A DNA stretch of 60,672 nucleotides, from the IMG/VR virus record IMGVR_UViG_3300025146_000015, positions 1 to 60,672 of that record; one strand, 5' to 3'. Positions within the stretch are counted from its first letter, which is position 1. Each line of letters opens with the position of its first letter. This DNA comes from a virus (taxonomy: Duplodnaviria > Caudoviricetes). This document shows, piece after piece, positions 27,620-35,454 of the stretch. The notes under the pieces were generated by a model. It was not told the origin of the DNA, searched no databases, and saw nothing but the letters and a program-made list of their open reading frames with translations. Made by a program: the position numbers and the translations under genes.

Positions 27620-28372
27620 CTAGTCGGTGAACCCGATTTCCCAGGCCTCAGAAAACTCTCGGTCTGCAAACAACTCGGCCAGCCCGGTAATCTGCTTGAG
27701 CCTCAACACCTCGTCTGCGTCCATCCCGAGCTCCTTGGAGATCTTGGCATCGCTCCAGTTGCGCTTTGCGAGGTCGGCAACGATGTCGCTCATGGCGTCG
27801 ACCTGGTGTTTGCCTCGAGCTCGATTGTGGCGAATTGTCGCCGCTACGCGGTCGTTGTGGTCCTCACGGGCAGCGTTGATCCGTGTGATCGGAAGGTACC
27901 CGTGAACCCGCTCACGGACAGCTTTGCATTCCTTGCCGACCCGGTTCCTGTGGAAACCGTCGACGACTTCGTACCCGGCGCCGATCTGGTGGGCGACGAT
28001 CGGTTGGGTATATCCGTCGCTGCAGATCGAGTGCTCAAGAAGACGCATCTCCGGGGGCGCCACGTGGTTCGGGTTGTAATCGTTGGCTGTGACGTTGTCA
28101 GCCGGCACCCATTCGACGAAGTCCACGGGTTCGTCCGAGAACGGACTGACGGCATGCAGAGCGCTCCGGGCCTGGTTGATCGCGGCCACGCGCTCGGATA
28201 GCGGCATCGAACCGATCATCGCCACGATCACGATCAGTAGATCCCCCAGAGAGCCCGCCTCTTCTTCATGATGCGCCTGTACTTCTCGTATGCTTGGCTC
28301 TTGTGCTGGGTAAAGCTCAATCCCTTCATCCACCAGTCGTTTCGCAGAAGTGCCTTTGCGATTCTTTGCCAT
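27620..28372 (-). CDS. ibrB: IbrB-like ParB/Srx-domain protein
   Basis: ANDYNPNHVAPPEMRLLEHSI, VVDGFHR, ATIRHNRARGKH and LGMDADEVLRLKQITG motifs. Confidence 0.9.
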   Translation of the reverse strand: MAKNRKGTSAKRLVDEGIELYPAQEPSIREVQAHHEEEAGSLGDLLIVIVAMIGSMPLSERVAAINQARSALHAVSPFSDEPVDFVEWVPADNVTANDYNPNHVAPPEMRLLEHSICSDGYTQPIVAHQIGAGYEVVDGFHRNRVGKECKAVRERVHGYLPITRINAAREDHNDRVAATIRHNRARGKHQVDAMSDIVADLAKRNWSDAKISKELGMDADEVLRLKQITGLAELFADREFSEAWEIGFTD

Positions 28373-29433
28373 GACGGAGTGTCCTTGCTGTTTGGGGGGC
28401 CAGCGTCTGGAATACCACTCTGGTAGCCGCGATCCGCGTACCAGTGGAGGAACACCGCAATCTTGTCCCTGTAGTGCTCGGCCGTAGACGGCGGAAGCGT
28501 CGCCAACAGCAGTTCGGAGTAGCTCTGCCAGTTGTGCCCTGGGGGCAAAGCCATCGTGATCCGACCCAGTATGTTGCCGGACTCTCGAGCGTATAGGGCT
28601 CCACCGTTTGCCCCGTTGACCCGAGCGACAACCCTGCCCCAGGTCTCCGGCTCGATCACATGGTACAGCCACAGACCCTTCCGTTGGTCATCGCCGTACG
28701 GCTGGCAGATCCTCTGCTGGTGGATCGAAAGTCCAGCCTTGTGCATGCGGTCATACAGTCGGTTGTGGGGATTTCCTGTCCGTGCATGGTACGTCCAAAT
28801 GTCCTCGGTGCGCCAGTCGTAAATCGGGTAGGCGTTGAAGACGGTCCCTCCCTTCCACGTAGTCCACCGGTGGCCGTCGTAGCGTGATTTCTCAGCCATG
28901 AGCGTCCGAAATCTATTCAGTGATTCGTCGGACCGTATTCCGACGAGGCACATGGTCGGTTCTCCCCCACTGTACCACTCGCCAAAGTGCTCGATGAACT
29001 CCTCGAACTCCTGGTCCCGATGAAAGAACGGGAACGTGCTCGGGTCCGTAATGCTCATCGGATCGGGCTGACGAACCCAAAGATCACGAGCATCGGGATC
29101 CCAACATTGCCACTTTGGCTGGTAGTTGCTGACGGCGTTGCGGAGCGCCATCGGGAGCGCCACCCAGTACGGATCGACGTGGTTCCGATAGAGGCCGAAC
29201 ATCTCGCGTACGTGTTCGATCGTGAGCCGATACTGCGCTTCCAGGTCGACGAACAGGACTCCGATCTTTCGCCCGCGAGCAATGGCCTGCTCCATGACTA
29301 GGTGGAGCATGACGGTGGAGTCCTTGCCGCCGCTGAAACTCACGTATACTCGGCTGAAGTCGTCGAGTACCCGTGCTATCCGGGAGCGCGCAGCCGAGAG
29401 GACGTTGACGCCAAGTCCTTGCTTGAGACCCAT
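28234..29433 (-). CDS. ibrA: IbrA-like PAPS-reductase-family (DUF3440) protein
   Basis: VSFSGGKDS, GIRSDESLNR, YPIYDW and QRICQPYG motifs. Confidence 0.9.
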   Translation of the reverse strand: MGLKQGLGVNVLSAARSRIARVLDDFSRVYVSFSGGKDSTVMLHLVMEQAIARGRKIGVLFVDLEAQYRLTIEHVREMFGLYRNHVDPYWVALPMALRNAVSNYQPKWQCWDPDARDLWVRQPDPMSITDPSTFPFFHRDQEFEEFIEHFGEWYSGGEPTMCLVGIRSDESLNRFRTLMAEKSRYDGHRWTTWKGGTVFNAYPIYDWRTEDIWTYHARTGNPHNRLYDRMHKAGLSIHQQRICQPYGDDQRKGLWLYHVIEPETWGRVVARVNGANGGALYARESGNILGRITMALPPGHNWQSYSELLLATLPPSTAEHYRDKIAVFLHWYADRGYQSGIPDAGPPNSKDTPSWQRIAKALLRNDWWMKGLSFTQHKSQAYEKYRRIMKKRRALWGIY

Positions 29434-29792
29434 TCCGAGACCTCCTCCTTGGAGACTCTGGTCAACGTGTTCCCGTCGATCCGAAAGAAGTACCTGTCTG
29501 AACTCCTCCAGGAGAGGCGTTGGTATGCCTCGTACAACCCTGGCTTGAGAAAGTAGACTGCGTGAACTCCACGGTTGCCTGTTCCGTTGGCATCCTCATA
29601 GTCGACCATGGGCTTGCAGAATTCTCGCGCCATCCCGTGCTTTGGATCGGCCCCCTTGATTCTCGCGACCCAACCGCAGCTCGGGATCTTCCCAATGAAG
29701 TCCGGGGCGCTGATCTCGCGACATACGGAAGACGCCAGTTGCAGGTAAGCGCGGTTGGTGTGCCCGATGAGCTCAAGTCGTAATACATACAT
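29376..29792 (-). CDS. hypothetical protein overlapping the ibrA start
   Basis: WVARIKG...AREF...DYEDANGTGNRGV; translationally linked to ibrA. Confidence 0.65.
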   Translation of the reverse strand: MYVLRLELIGHTNRAYLQLASSVCREISAPDFIGKIPSCGWVARIKGADPKHGMAREFCKPMVDYEDANGTGNRGVHAVYFLKPGLYEAYQRLSWRSSDRYFFRIDGNTLTRVSKEEVSEWVSSKDLASTSSRLRAPG

Positions 29793-30178
29793 CAGATGCC
29801 GGCCAGCTCGCGGAGCTCGGAGACGCGATGCGCGACGGCACGCTCTTGGTCGTCCGCCGCTTCGCGGGGCGTGTAGAAGCGGTCGAACTTCGCGATCTCC
29901 AGAAGCTCGGAATCATCCTTCGCCGGCCTGCGACCAGTTAGCGCGTCCCACAGTCCCGTGCTCGCCATGGTCTTGGTAGTTTGGTACCCAGGGGGAGTGG
30001 TCCAGCCGGTCGCGTCTGGCTCGACGACCACCGCGGACCCATCGGGACACTCATAGATCGCGGGATTGCTGGGCCCGCGCGTCCCACACACCGAGTGCGC
30101 ACACCAGAGGGCGCCGTCGAGGGGGCGGACGACGGTCGATGTGCCGTGGAACGTGTTGGTGAGCGTGATGTGTGCCAT
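29792..30178 (-). CDS. hypothetical protein
   Basis: AGGAG RBS; 128 aa; TGATG-coupled to the next gene. Confidence 0.6.
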   Translation of the reverse strand: MAHITLTNTFHGTSTVVRPLDGALWCAHSVCGTRGPSNPAIYECPDGSAVVVEPDATGWTTPPGYQTTKTMASTGLWDALTGRRPAKDDSELLEIAKFDRFYTPREAADDQERAVAHRVSELRELAGI

Positions 30179-30252
30179 TGTCGTTTCTCCTGCCGGCTCC
30201 TCGCCGGGTTGCCGCCCGGGTCCTCCCCGGGTGGGCTTCTGGGGTTCTAGTG

Positions 30253-30270
30253 TTGCAATCGGCGTGCCGG
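30253..30270 (-). promoter_or_regulatory. sigma54 (-24/-12) promoter
   Basis: Minus strand CCGGCACGCCGATTGCA = GG-N10-GC with near-consensus context, upstream of the 30178 gene. Confidence 0.7.
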
Positions 30271-30272
30271 TG

Positions 30273-30452
30273 TCAGTACTGCGGCCACAGAATGTCGTTG
30301 ACGACTGAGAGTGCTCGACATCCGACTATCTCGTCACAGTCGTCAATCGACGCGCAGGTGTGCTCGTGTGTTTCGATCGATACGTCGTCGAACTCGAGAG
30401 CGAGCGCGGCAAGTTTCGCCGCTGAAGTGTTTTCGGGTACGTAGATGATCAT
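30273..30452 (-). CDS. small acidic hypothetical protein (59 aa, below the ORF-track cutoff)
   Basis: AGGAG RBS; MIIYVPENTSAAKLAALALEFDDVSIE...LWPQY. Confidence 0.6.
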   Translation of the reverse strand: MIIYVPENTSAAKLAALALEFDDVSIETHEHTCASIDDCDEIVGCRALSVVNDILWPQY

Positions 30453-30566
30453 GATGTGCTCCTACGATCCCAGGCCCGCGACCCTTCGGTGGCGAGCCCT
30501 GGGGCGGCCCTGATTCCCCGGTGTGCCCCCCGGGCTCTCTTCCCCTTCCGGGGACGATGGGGGTAG

Positions 30567-30584
30567 TTGCATGGGCTGTGCCAG
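30567..30584 (-). promoter_or_regulatory. sigma54 (-24/-12) promoter
   Basis: Minus strand CTGGCACAGCCCATGCAA = GG-N10-GC. Confidence 0.65.
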
Positions 30585-30636
30585 AGTCGGGCTGCTCTAG
30601 GACGTGGGGTTTTTGCGTGTATGACATTATACTACC

Positions 30637-30683
30637 CGGACAAGTGTCCGCTAGGCGGACAGGTGTCCGCGGACATGTGTCCG
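30637..30683. promoter_or_regulatory. three palindromic binding sites CGGACA-NG-TGTCCG (putative enhancer)
   Basis: Copies at 30637-30650, 30656-30669 and 30670-30683, upstream of the sigma54 promoter. Confidence 0.7.
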
Positions 30684-30960
30684 GGGCAGGCGGCCAGTAG
30701 GAGACAGGCCCGGACCACGAGCTCGGCCGACTCGGGCGCTCCGACTGCCACGAGCTCGGCGTAGGCCGCGTCCACGGCACCTGGGAGCTCCGCCAGCGCG
30801 TCGCGGCGGACCGTGGGGTCCGTGGTACCGGAGGCTGCTGAGGCGAGATCCAGGGCTCGAGACGTGGCGGTCATGGTAGTAGCGGAAGGTATCATGGAGA
30901 TCTCATCGGAGATACGGGTGTGCAATCCGCGGGCCAAGGCTCAGGACGCGGCCGCGTGAG

Positions 30961-31452
30961 TCACCGGGGCGGCGGGGCATCAAGCGGCCCCGTCTGGCAG
31001 ATCCTTCCTGCTTCGGACCGGCATTCGGCCAACATCGCGTGTTCGCGCTGAGCCCTCCGGAGCGACTTCTGGAGTTCGTTGGCCACACCAGCCGAGAACA
31101 GGTCCCGCATCTCGGAGGTACGCGCTTGGATCGAATCGAATTCCGTGCGGTCAATCCTTCCACGGGCCCTGGCAATCCTGGCCTGCTTCGCGATGAGATG
31201 ACACTGTTGAGCCCACAGGTACTCGTCGGCTTCTGGATCGGTCAAGATCCGAATCCCGAGACCCTCGACTTTCGCCACCAGTTCCTCGCAGTTGTCCCAT
31301 ATGGCTCCACGAAGCCGCATGAGTTCGAGCTGGAAGCGTCTCGGGTTCTCCGACGCCTTGAACCCGACGATGTCCTCGGCGTCGCTCTGGTTGATGAACT
31401 GTCCCTTCTGGAGGGTCGAGTAATCGAGAGGATGTAGTTTCGAAACGTCCAT
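30961..31452 (-). CDS. hypothetical protein downstream of the pentamer arrays
   Basis: AGGAG RBS; 163 aa starting MDVSKLHPLDYS. Confidence 0.7.
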   Translation of the reverse strand: MDVSKLHPLDYSTLQKGQFINQSDAEDIVGFKASENPRRFQLELMRLRGAIWDNCEELVAKVEGLGIRILTDPEADEYLWAQQCHLIAKQARIARARGRIDRTEFDSIQARTSEMRDLFSAGVANELQKSLRRAQREHAMLAECRSEAGRICQTGPLDAPPPR

Positions 31453-31485
31453 CGTGTGTCTCCTATTGATGCCCCAAAGGGGCCC

Positions 31486-31789
31486 CTGCCTTGCCATGCC
31501 CAGCCCGGCCATCCACACCTCGACGCGCGTTGGCCCGCCTAGCCTCGGGCCCTCCCGCTGGAATCGAACCAGCGTGCAACCATTGGAGGGCTTGTCCAAA
31601 CCTTGCCTTGCCCTTCCGCGCCGGGACTTGCCATGCACTGCCGAACCGAGAATGTACCGAGCCCAGCCATGGGCACGCCGCCGGGAATCGAACCCGGCGT
31701 ACGACCATCGCGTGCTGTTCATCCAAGCCATGCCCTGCCGAGCCTCGCCTCGCCTGGCCCCGTATGGCCTCGGCTCACCATGCCATGCC
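31486..31789 (-). ncRNA. three GG(C/T)-NN pentamer tracts separated by two tRNA-like T-loop elements (putative guide-RNA array)
   Basis: Tracts at 31725-31789, 31598-31668 and 31486-31544; 43-nt elements at 31673-31715 and 31549-31591. Confidence 0.75.
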
Positions 31790-32353
31790 TCACTCGACCG
31801 TGAACCTTCCGTATCGCGGTCGAAAATCTCCAACGCCAACCCTGGACCCCGCCGCGATCATCGCCTCGCGGGCTTGCTCCGGGTTGAGAATCTCCTCATC
31901 CACCTGCAGCGTCACCTTGCATGACCACGACCGGAAGATTGGTCGAGCTCGCATGATGCGCTGCCTCTGTTGCGCGACCGTTCGGTAGTCACAGAATCGA
32001 CCGTCGGCGTACAACTTCTTGATGTCCTTAGGACCGTCGTACTCGAGAGGAAAGAACGCCTGGTCACAGTAGACGGCGGCGCTCGCTTCCTTCCCGAGCT
32101 TCGCCTTGCGAGCTCCCTGAACGATGGTGGCCAGAATGACGTCGGCCGGAAGGGAAGGGTGGCCCTGTTCGTCGACGTAGAGCCCGCCACGCCATTCTAG
32201 TTCCTTGATCGCCATCAACGTCTCTTCGGTCTTGTTCTTGCCCTTCGCGATCTTCGACTTTTCCCGAGTGATTGGATCCGTCGGGTCAGCGAGACGCGCG
32301 TTGTGCATGAGAAGAGGCGCTACGCCTGTTAGCTTCAGATTGACTGTCTTCAT
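31790..32353 (-). CDS. stand-alone Cas7/RAMP-like RNA-binding protein (Vipr-like)
   Basis: AAGGAG RBS; LKLTGVAPLLMHN, GLYVD..GHPSLP, RARPIF and Gly-rich C-terminal loop GSRVGVGDFRPRYGRF; arrays on both sides. Confidence 0.7.
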   Translation of the reverse strand: MKTVNLKLTGVAPLLMHNARLADPTDPITREKSKIAKGKNKTEETLMAIKELEWRGGLYVDEQGHPSLPADVILATIVQGARKAKLGKEASAAVYCDQAFFPLEYDGPKDIKKLYADGRFCDYRTVAQQRQRIMRARPIFRSWSCKVTLQVDEEILNPEQAREAMIAAGSRVGVGDFRPRYGRFTVE

Positions 32354-32363
32354 GATGTTCTCC

Positions 32364-32575
32364 TTCCCCCGAAGGGGAATCCTTGCCTCGCCCAATCCGG
32401 CCTCGCTCGAACCGCTCTGCCTGCCAGTTGGGGGTTTCCTAACCTCGCCATGCCATGCCATGCCTCGCCGAGCCGTGCCCTGACCAACCCGGCCGCGCCG
32501 CGCCCAGCCTTGAAGCGGGCGCCGTTGGTGCGACTGTCATGGCGTTCACAAATCAGCGACGCCCGCTTCAAGGCT
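32364..32575 (-). ncRNA. long hairpin, two GG(C/T)-NN tracts and a UUCG hairpin upstream of the RAMP-like gene
   Basis: 16-bp inverted repeat 32506-32521/32560-32575; 14 pentamers at 32440-32509; degenerate tract 32383-32425; TTCCCC-TTCG-GGGGAA. Confidence 0.7.
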
Positions 32576-32839
32576 ACGTCATTCACGGAAAGAGCACTTC
32601 CCCGCTTCCAGGCCATCGGCGCTCGGCCTCGGCGCGTAGACGCTCCTCGGAGGCGTCTCCGTAAAATCGAAGCGTCACGAACATTCGGATCAGTTGCCCC
32701 CTCGCCTCGTCGCGCTCCATCACCGCCTTGAGCGCACACGTTGGGCAGAGGATGGGGGACGAGCGCCGCCGAGTCCACGTCGCTAGGCAGAATCACATCG
32801 CATCCGCAGCCGTCGCACTCCACGTACTGGTACGTCGTC

Positions 32840-33568
32840 TCAGTCATAGTTGATCCTCCCTGGCAATTCCAGCCTCCATCGCTTCCTGTCCTCTGGGCAA
32901 ATCAACATGATGGCCCCGTCTGGACGGTCTCGCCAATTCTCTCCATCGTAGTAGCGCAGTCGATACACTGGACCGTACGCCGTGGTGTCGAGGCAGAGAT
33001 GGTTTCCGACGATGGGAGGGCCGTCCTCGGGAGCTGGCCATGCCTGTCTTACCTCGTCGCGCTCCCGTCGGGCAGCGTCACGCTCAGCCGCTACCCTTGG
33101 TAGCTCCACTCGAGCCAACTGCCAGTTTCCATCGAGCAGGTCTCTGATGGTGACGATGGCCTCGGTGCGCTTCGACTCAAGCATAGCGATTCTGTGCTCG
33201 AGTTGCTCCGCGTAGTCGCGCAGCGGGAGGTAGTCACCATCCTCTGCACCTTCGAGCCAGAGTTCTGCTGCTCGGGTCATTGTACCCTGTAGTGCCGTCT
33301 CCAGTCGAGCGTACTGCTCCTTGCGCAGTTCGCACCTTGATTCACACTCGCGACACGGCTTCTCGTCTTCCGGATCAGTTGGATCGCTGGAAGGCTCGGC
33401 TCCGATGGGTTGGTCCTTGGACTCCAGGGCAGCGACGCGCGCGCCGAGTTCATCCAGCACGCCACCGAGCGCTGTGACATTGATCGTTGCAGACCTGATC
33501 AGTTCTCCGCGTACGAACACGTTGGGCTCGATGCATCGTTCGCTCGGTTTCATCGTCCCTCCGGCCAA
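32840..33568 (-). CDS. hypothetical coiled-coil protein
   Basis: 242 aa ORF; the real start may be the ATG at 33553. Confidence 0.55.
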   Translation of the reverse strand: MAGGTMKPSERCIEPNVFVRGELIRSATINVTALGGVLDELGARVAALESKDQPIGAEPSSDPTDPEDEKPCRECESRCELRKEQYARLETALQGTMTRAAELWLEGAEDGDYLPLRDYAEQLEHRIAMLESKRTEAIVTIRDLLDGNWQLARVELPRVAAERDAARRERDEVRQAWPAPEDGPPIVGNHLCLDTTAYGPVYRLRYYDGENWRDRPDGAIMLICPEDRKRWRLELPGRINYD

Positions 33569-33735
33569 GTACGTCCTTCGGGGATTGGAAACCCTAGCTT
33601 TTCCAGCAGTGGCGCGATGACGTCCCGCTCCACTTCTGCCATCGTCCAGTACGCGAAGGTAGCCAGTAGCTGGGCCTCGTAGCGGGTCAGTGTCACGGCA
33701 GGATCAGGGTGTTGGATCTCGTTCTCTGTCTTCAT
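33550..33735 (-). CDS. hypothetical protein
   Basis: 4-nt overlaps with its neighbours. Confidence 0.5.
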   Translation of the reverse strand: MKTENEIQHPDPAVTLTRYEAQLLATFAYWTMAEVERDVIAPLLEKLGFPIPEGRTWPEGR

Positions 33736-33968
33736 CGTTCCTCGATTCCGCAGGCGCGGAGTAGGGCAATGGGCAGCATCATGTAGGCGGAGCCCAGTTG
33801 TTCGGTTTCGAAGCTGTCGCTACCCGCCCGTGCATGGACCCAAATGCTGATGAGTTTGACGATCGCCGGAGGTGTAAACCCTGCGTCCGCGTACCGCGCG
33901 AGCTGATGTCGAAGCTCCTCGACCGTGAATTGGTAGACGACGATCGGGCCCTGCTGGTCCCGGGTCAC
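33732..33968 (-). CDS. hypothetical protein
   Basis: 4-nt overlaps with its neighbours. Confidence 0.5.
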   Translation of the reverse strand: MTRDQQGPIVVYQFTVEELRHQLARYADAGFTPPAIVKLISIWVHARAGSDSFETEQLGSAYMMLPIALLRACGIEER

Positions 33969-34408
33969 AGGGTCACCGTTCCACTCTCAGGATCCACCAC
34001 ATGGTCTCCAGGCTCGAAGGGCTGTGACAATCGGTATCCGTTCGTAGTTGTGATCACGCGGTCATATCCGTTGCATCGCATATTGCTGAGCAGAATACTT
34101 TCCTTCGGGTCGTGTCTGGCCTCGACGTCAGCAATGGTTTCGACCACACCCCCGAGATAGTACATCCCGGAGCGCTCGACGGTCTTGGGCTCCACGTCTA
34201 GGGTGCCACCCTCACCATCTGGAATTGGGCCCGCCACGACCCTGGTCTCGAACCTGAAGCCGTACGGGATAGCTCCGTGTCTCTCGGTAATGGACTTGGC
34301 CACAGATGTGGCGGTTTCAGTCGACCACGATTCAATGGGTCTGACGCTCGATTCGGCTATGAACGTTCCCGGGCTGTAGAATACCACGTAGTGTTTGCGT
34401 TTCGTCAC
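33965..34408 (-). CDS. hypothetical protein
   Basis: AGGAGG RBS before GTG; KHYVVFYSPGTFIAE...PYGFRFET. Confidence 0.65.
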   Translation of the reverse strand: MTKRKHYVVFYSPGTFIAESSVRPIESWSTETATSVAKSITERHGAIPYGFRFETRVVAGPIPDGEGGTLDVEPKTVERSGMYYLGGVVETIADVEARHDPKESILLSNMRCNGYDRVITTTNGYRLSQPFEPGDHVVDPESGTVTL

Positions 34409-34543
34409 ATTGTCCTCCTGTGGTCCATGACCACGAGCAGAGCTATCAACGGGCACGGTCGCGGGGGAGGACGCCCGGTGCTCTCGCTGCTAGCTCTGCG
34501 CGCAGGTCATGGCTCCCCCGCAGAGTCAGAGCACCAAGCACAG

Positions 34544-34603
34544 CCGGAGATGCGGGCTGGAGGCTCAGGTGCCCCGGAGATGCGGGCTGGAGGCTCAGGT
34601 GCC
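34544..34603. repeat. perfect 30-bp tandem duplication
   Basis: CCGGAGATGCGGGCTGGAGGCTCAGGTGCC x2. Confidence 0.9.
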
Positions 34604-34635
34604 CTGGGTCCACGGGGGAGGGACATGGTGGTGGA

Positions 34636-35454
34636 TCAGCCTTCCTGGCCCGGCTCTCTTTCCACCACAGGTTGCGCCTGCGCCTGGGCAGTGGGATTCC
34701 CGAGCTTGATGCGGCGACCGTCCTGCTCGGGATCTGTAGGAGCCGGTGACGCTTCCGTGTTCACCGAGACCCCTTCCGCCGTGATCACCTCTCCGACTTC
34801 GCCATCCTCGATGGTCAGGACTGACCCGCTCAGCATGTCGTAGATCGACTTCAGCATCTTCCGGGTTGCCTTCCCGATCACGGCGTCAACGCCCATCCCG
34901 GAGTTGACCTTGACCGGTATCCGGCTGTCGTGCACGGTCCCGTCGGCGGTCTTGGTGACATCGCGGATCATGGTGTACGGTTTACCTGAGACCATCCACG
35001 TCGCGCGCATCGGCACGATCGCTCCGCCGTCTTTCATCACGGGGACGCCGGGTGTGATGATCAGATCGGACAACCCCTCGAACTCTCGCACCTTCCGAGC
35101 GAACCCGTTCTTGGCCCCGTACATCCTACCAGCGATGATGTTGATCTCGTTTCCGACCGGATAGAACCCGTGGATCAGCGCTTCGACGACGACGTTACGC
35201 ACGGTCGGCAGGTCATAGCCTCCGTCGCGATCCTTGTCGGTCACGAACCCGAGCGCAGACCCCTGCAACGGCATGAACACAGAGCGCATGATGTCGTCGG
35301 TCAGGCAGCGACGGATCTGCGTTACGCCGGTGGCCAGGATGACCGCTTGACGGAGCACTGGCATTTCGCGCAGCGCCGCCGCGTTGCACTGCTCGAGCAC
35401 GACCTCGATGTCTTTGGTCGCTTGGTCTACGGTCGATAGCTTTTCGGTTGCCAT
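34636..35454 (-). CDS. putative single-strand annealing protein (RecT/Beta-like)
   Basis: GFYPVGNEINIIAGRMYGAKNG; next to an exonuclease gene; acidic tail. Confidence 0.55.
   Translation of the reverse strand: MATEKLSTVDQATKDIEVVLEQCNAAALREMPVLRQAVILATGVTQIRRCLTDDIMRSVFMPLQGSALGFVTDKDRDGGYDLPTVRNVVVEALIHGFYPVGNEINIIAGRMYGAKNGFARKVREFEGLSDLIITPGVPVMKDGGAIVPMRATWMVSGKPYTMIRDVTKTADGTVHDSRIPVKVNSGMGVDAVIGKATRKMLKSIYDMLSGSVLTIEDGEVGEVITAEGVSVNTEASPAPTDPEQDGRRIKLGNPTAQAQAQPVVEREPGQEG

Noticed and set aside
31549-31715. True tRNA genes
   Set aside because: T-arm and acceptor-like stem only; no D stem or anticodon arm
32160-32175. Gapped self-match GAn GAn CAn GGn CAn between the 31725-31789 tract and the RAMP-like gene
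   Set aside because: Only 5 of 13 dinucleotides match and the flanks do not; compatible with chance
30961-32461. Long N-terminal extensions in the ORF track (starts 31839 and 32461) and overlapping ARQG/AWHG-type ORFs
   Set aside because: These are translations of the pentamer arrays; good RBSs mark starts at 31452 and 32353
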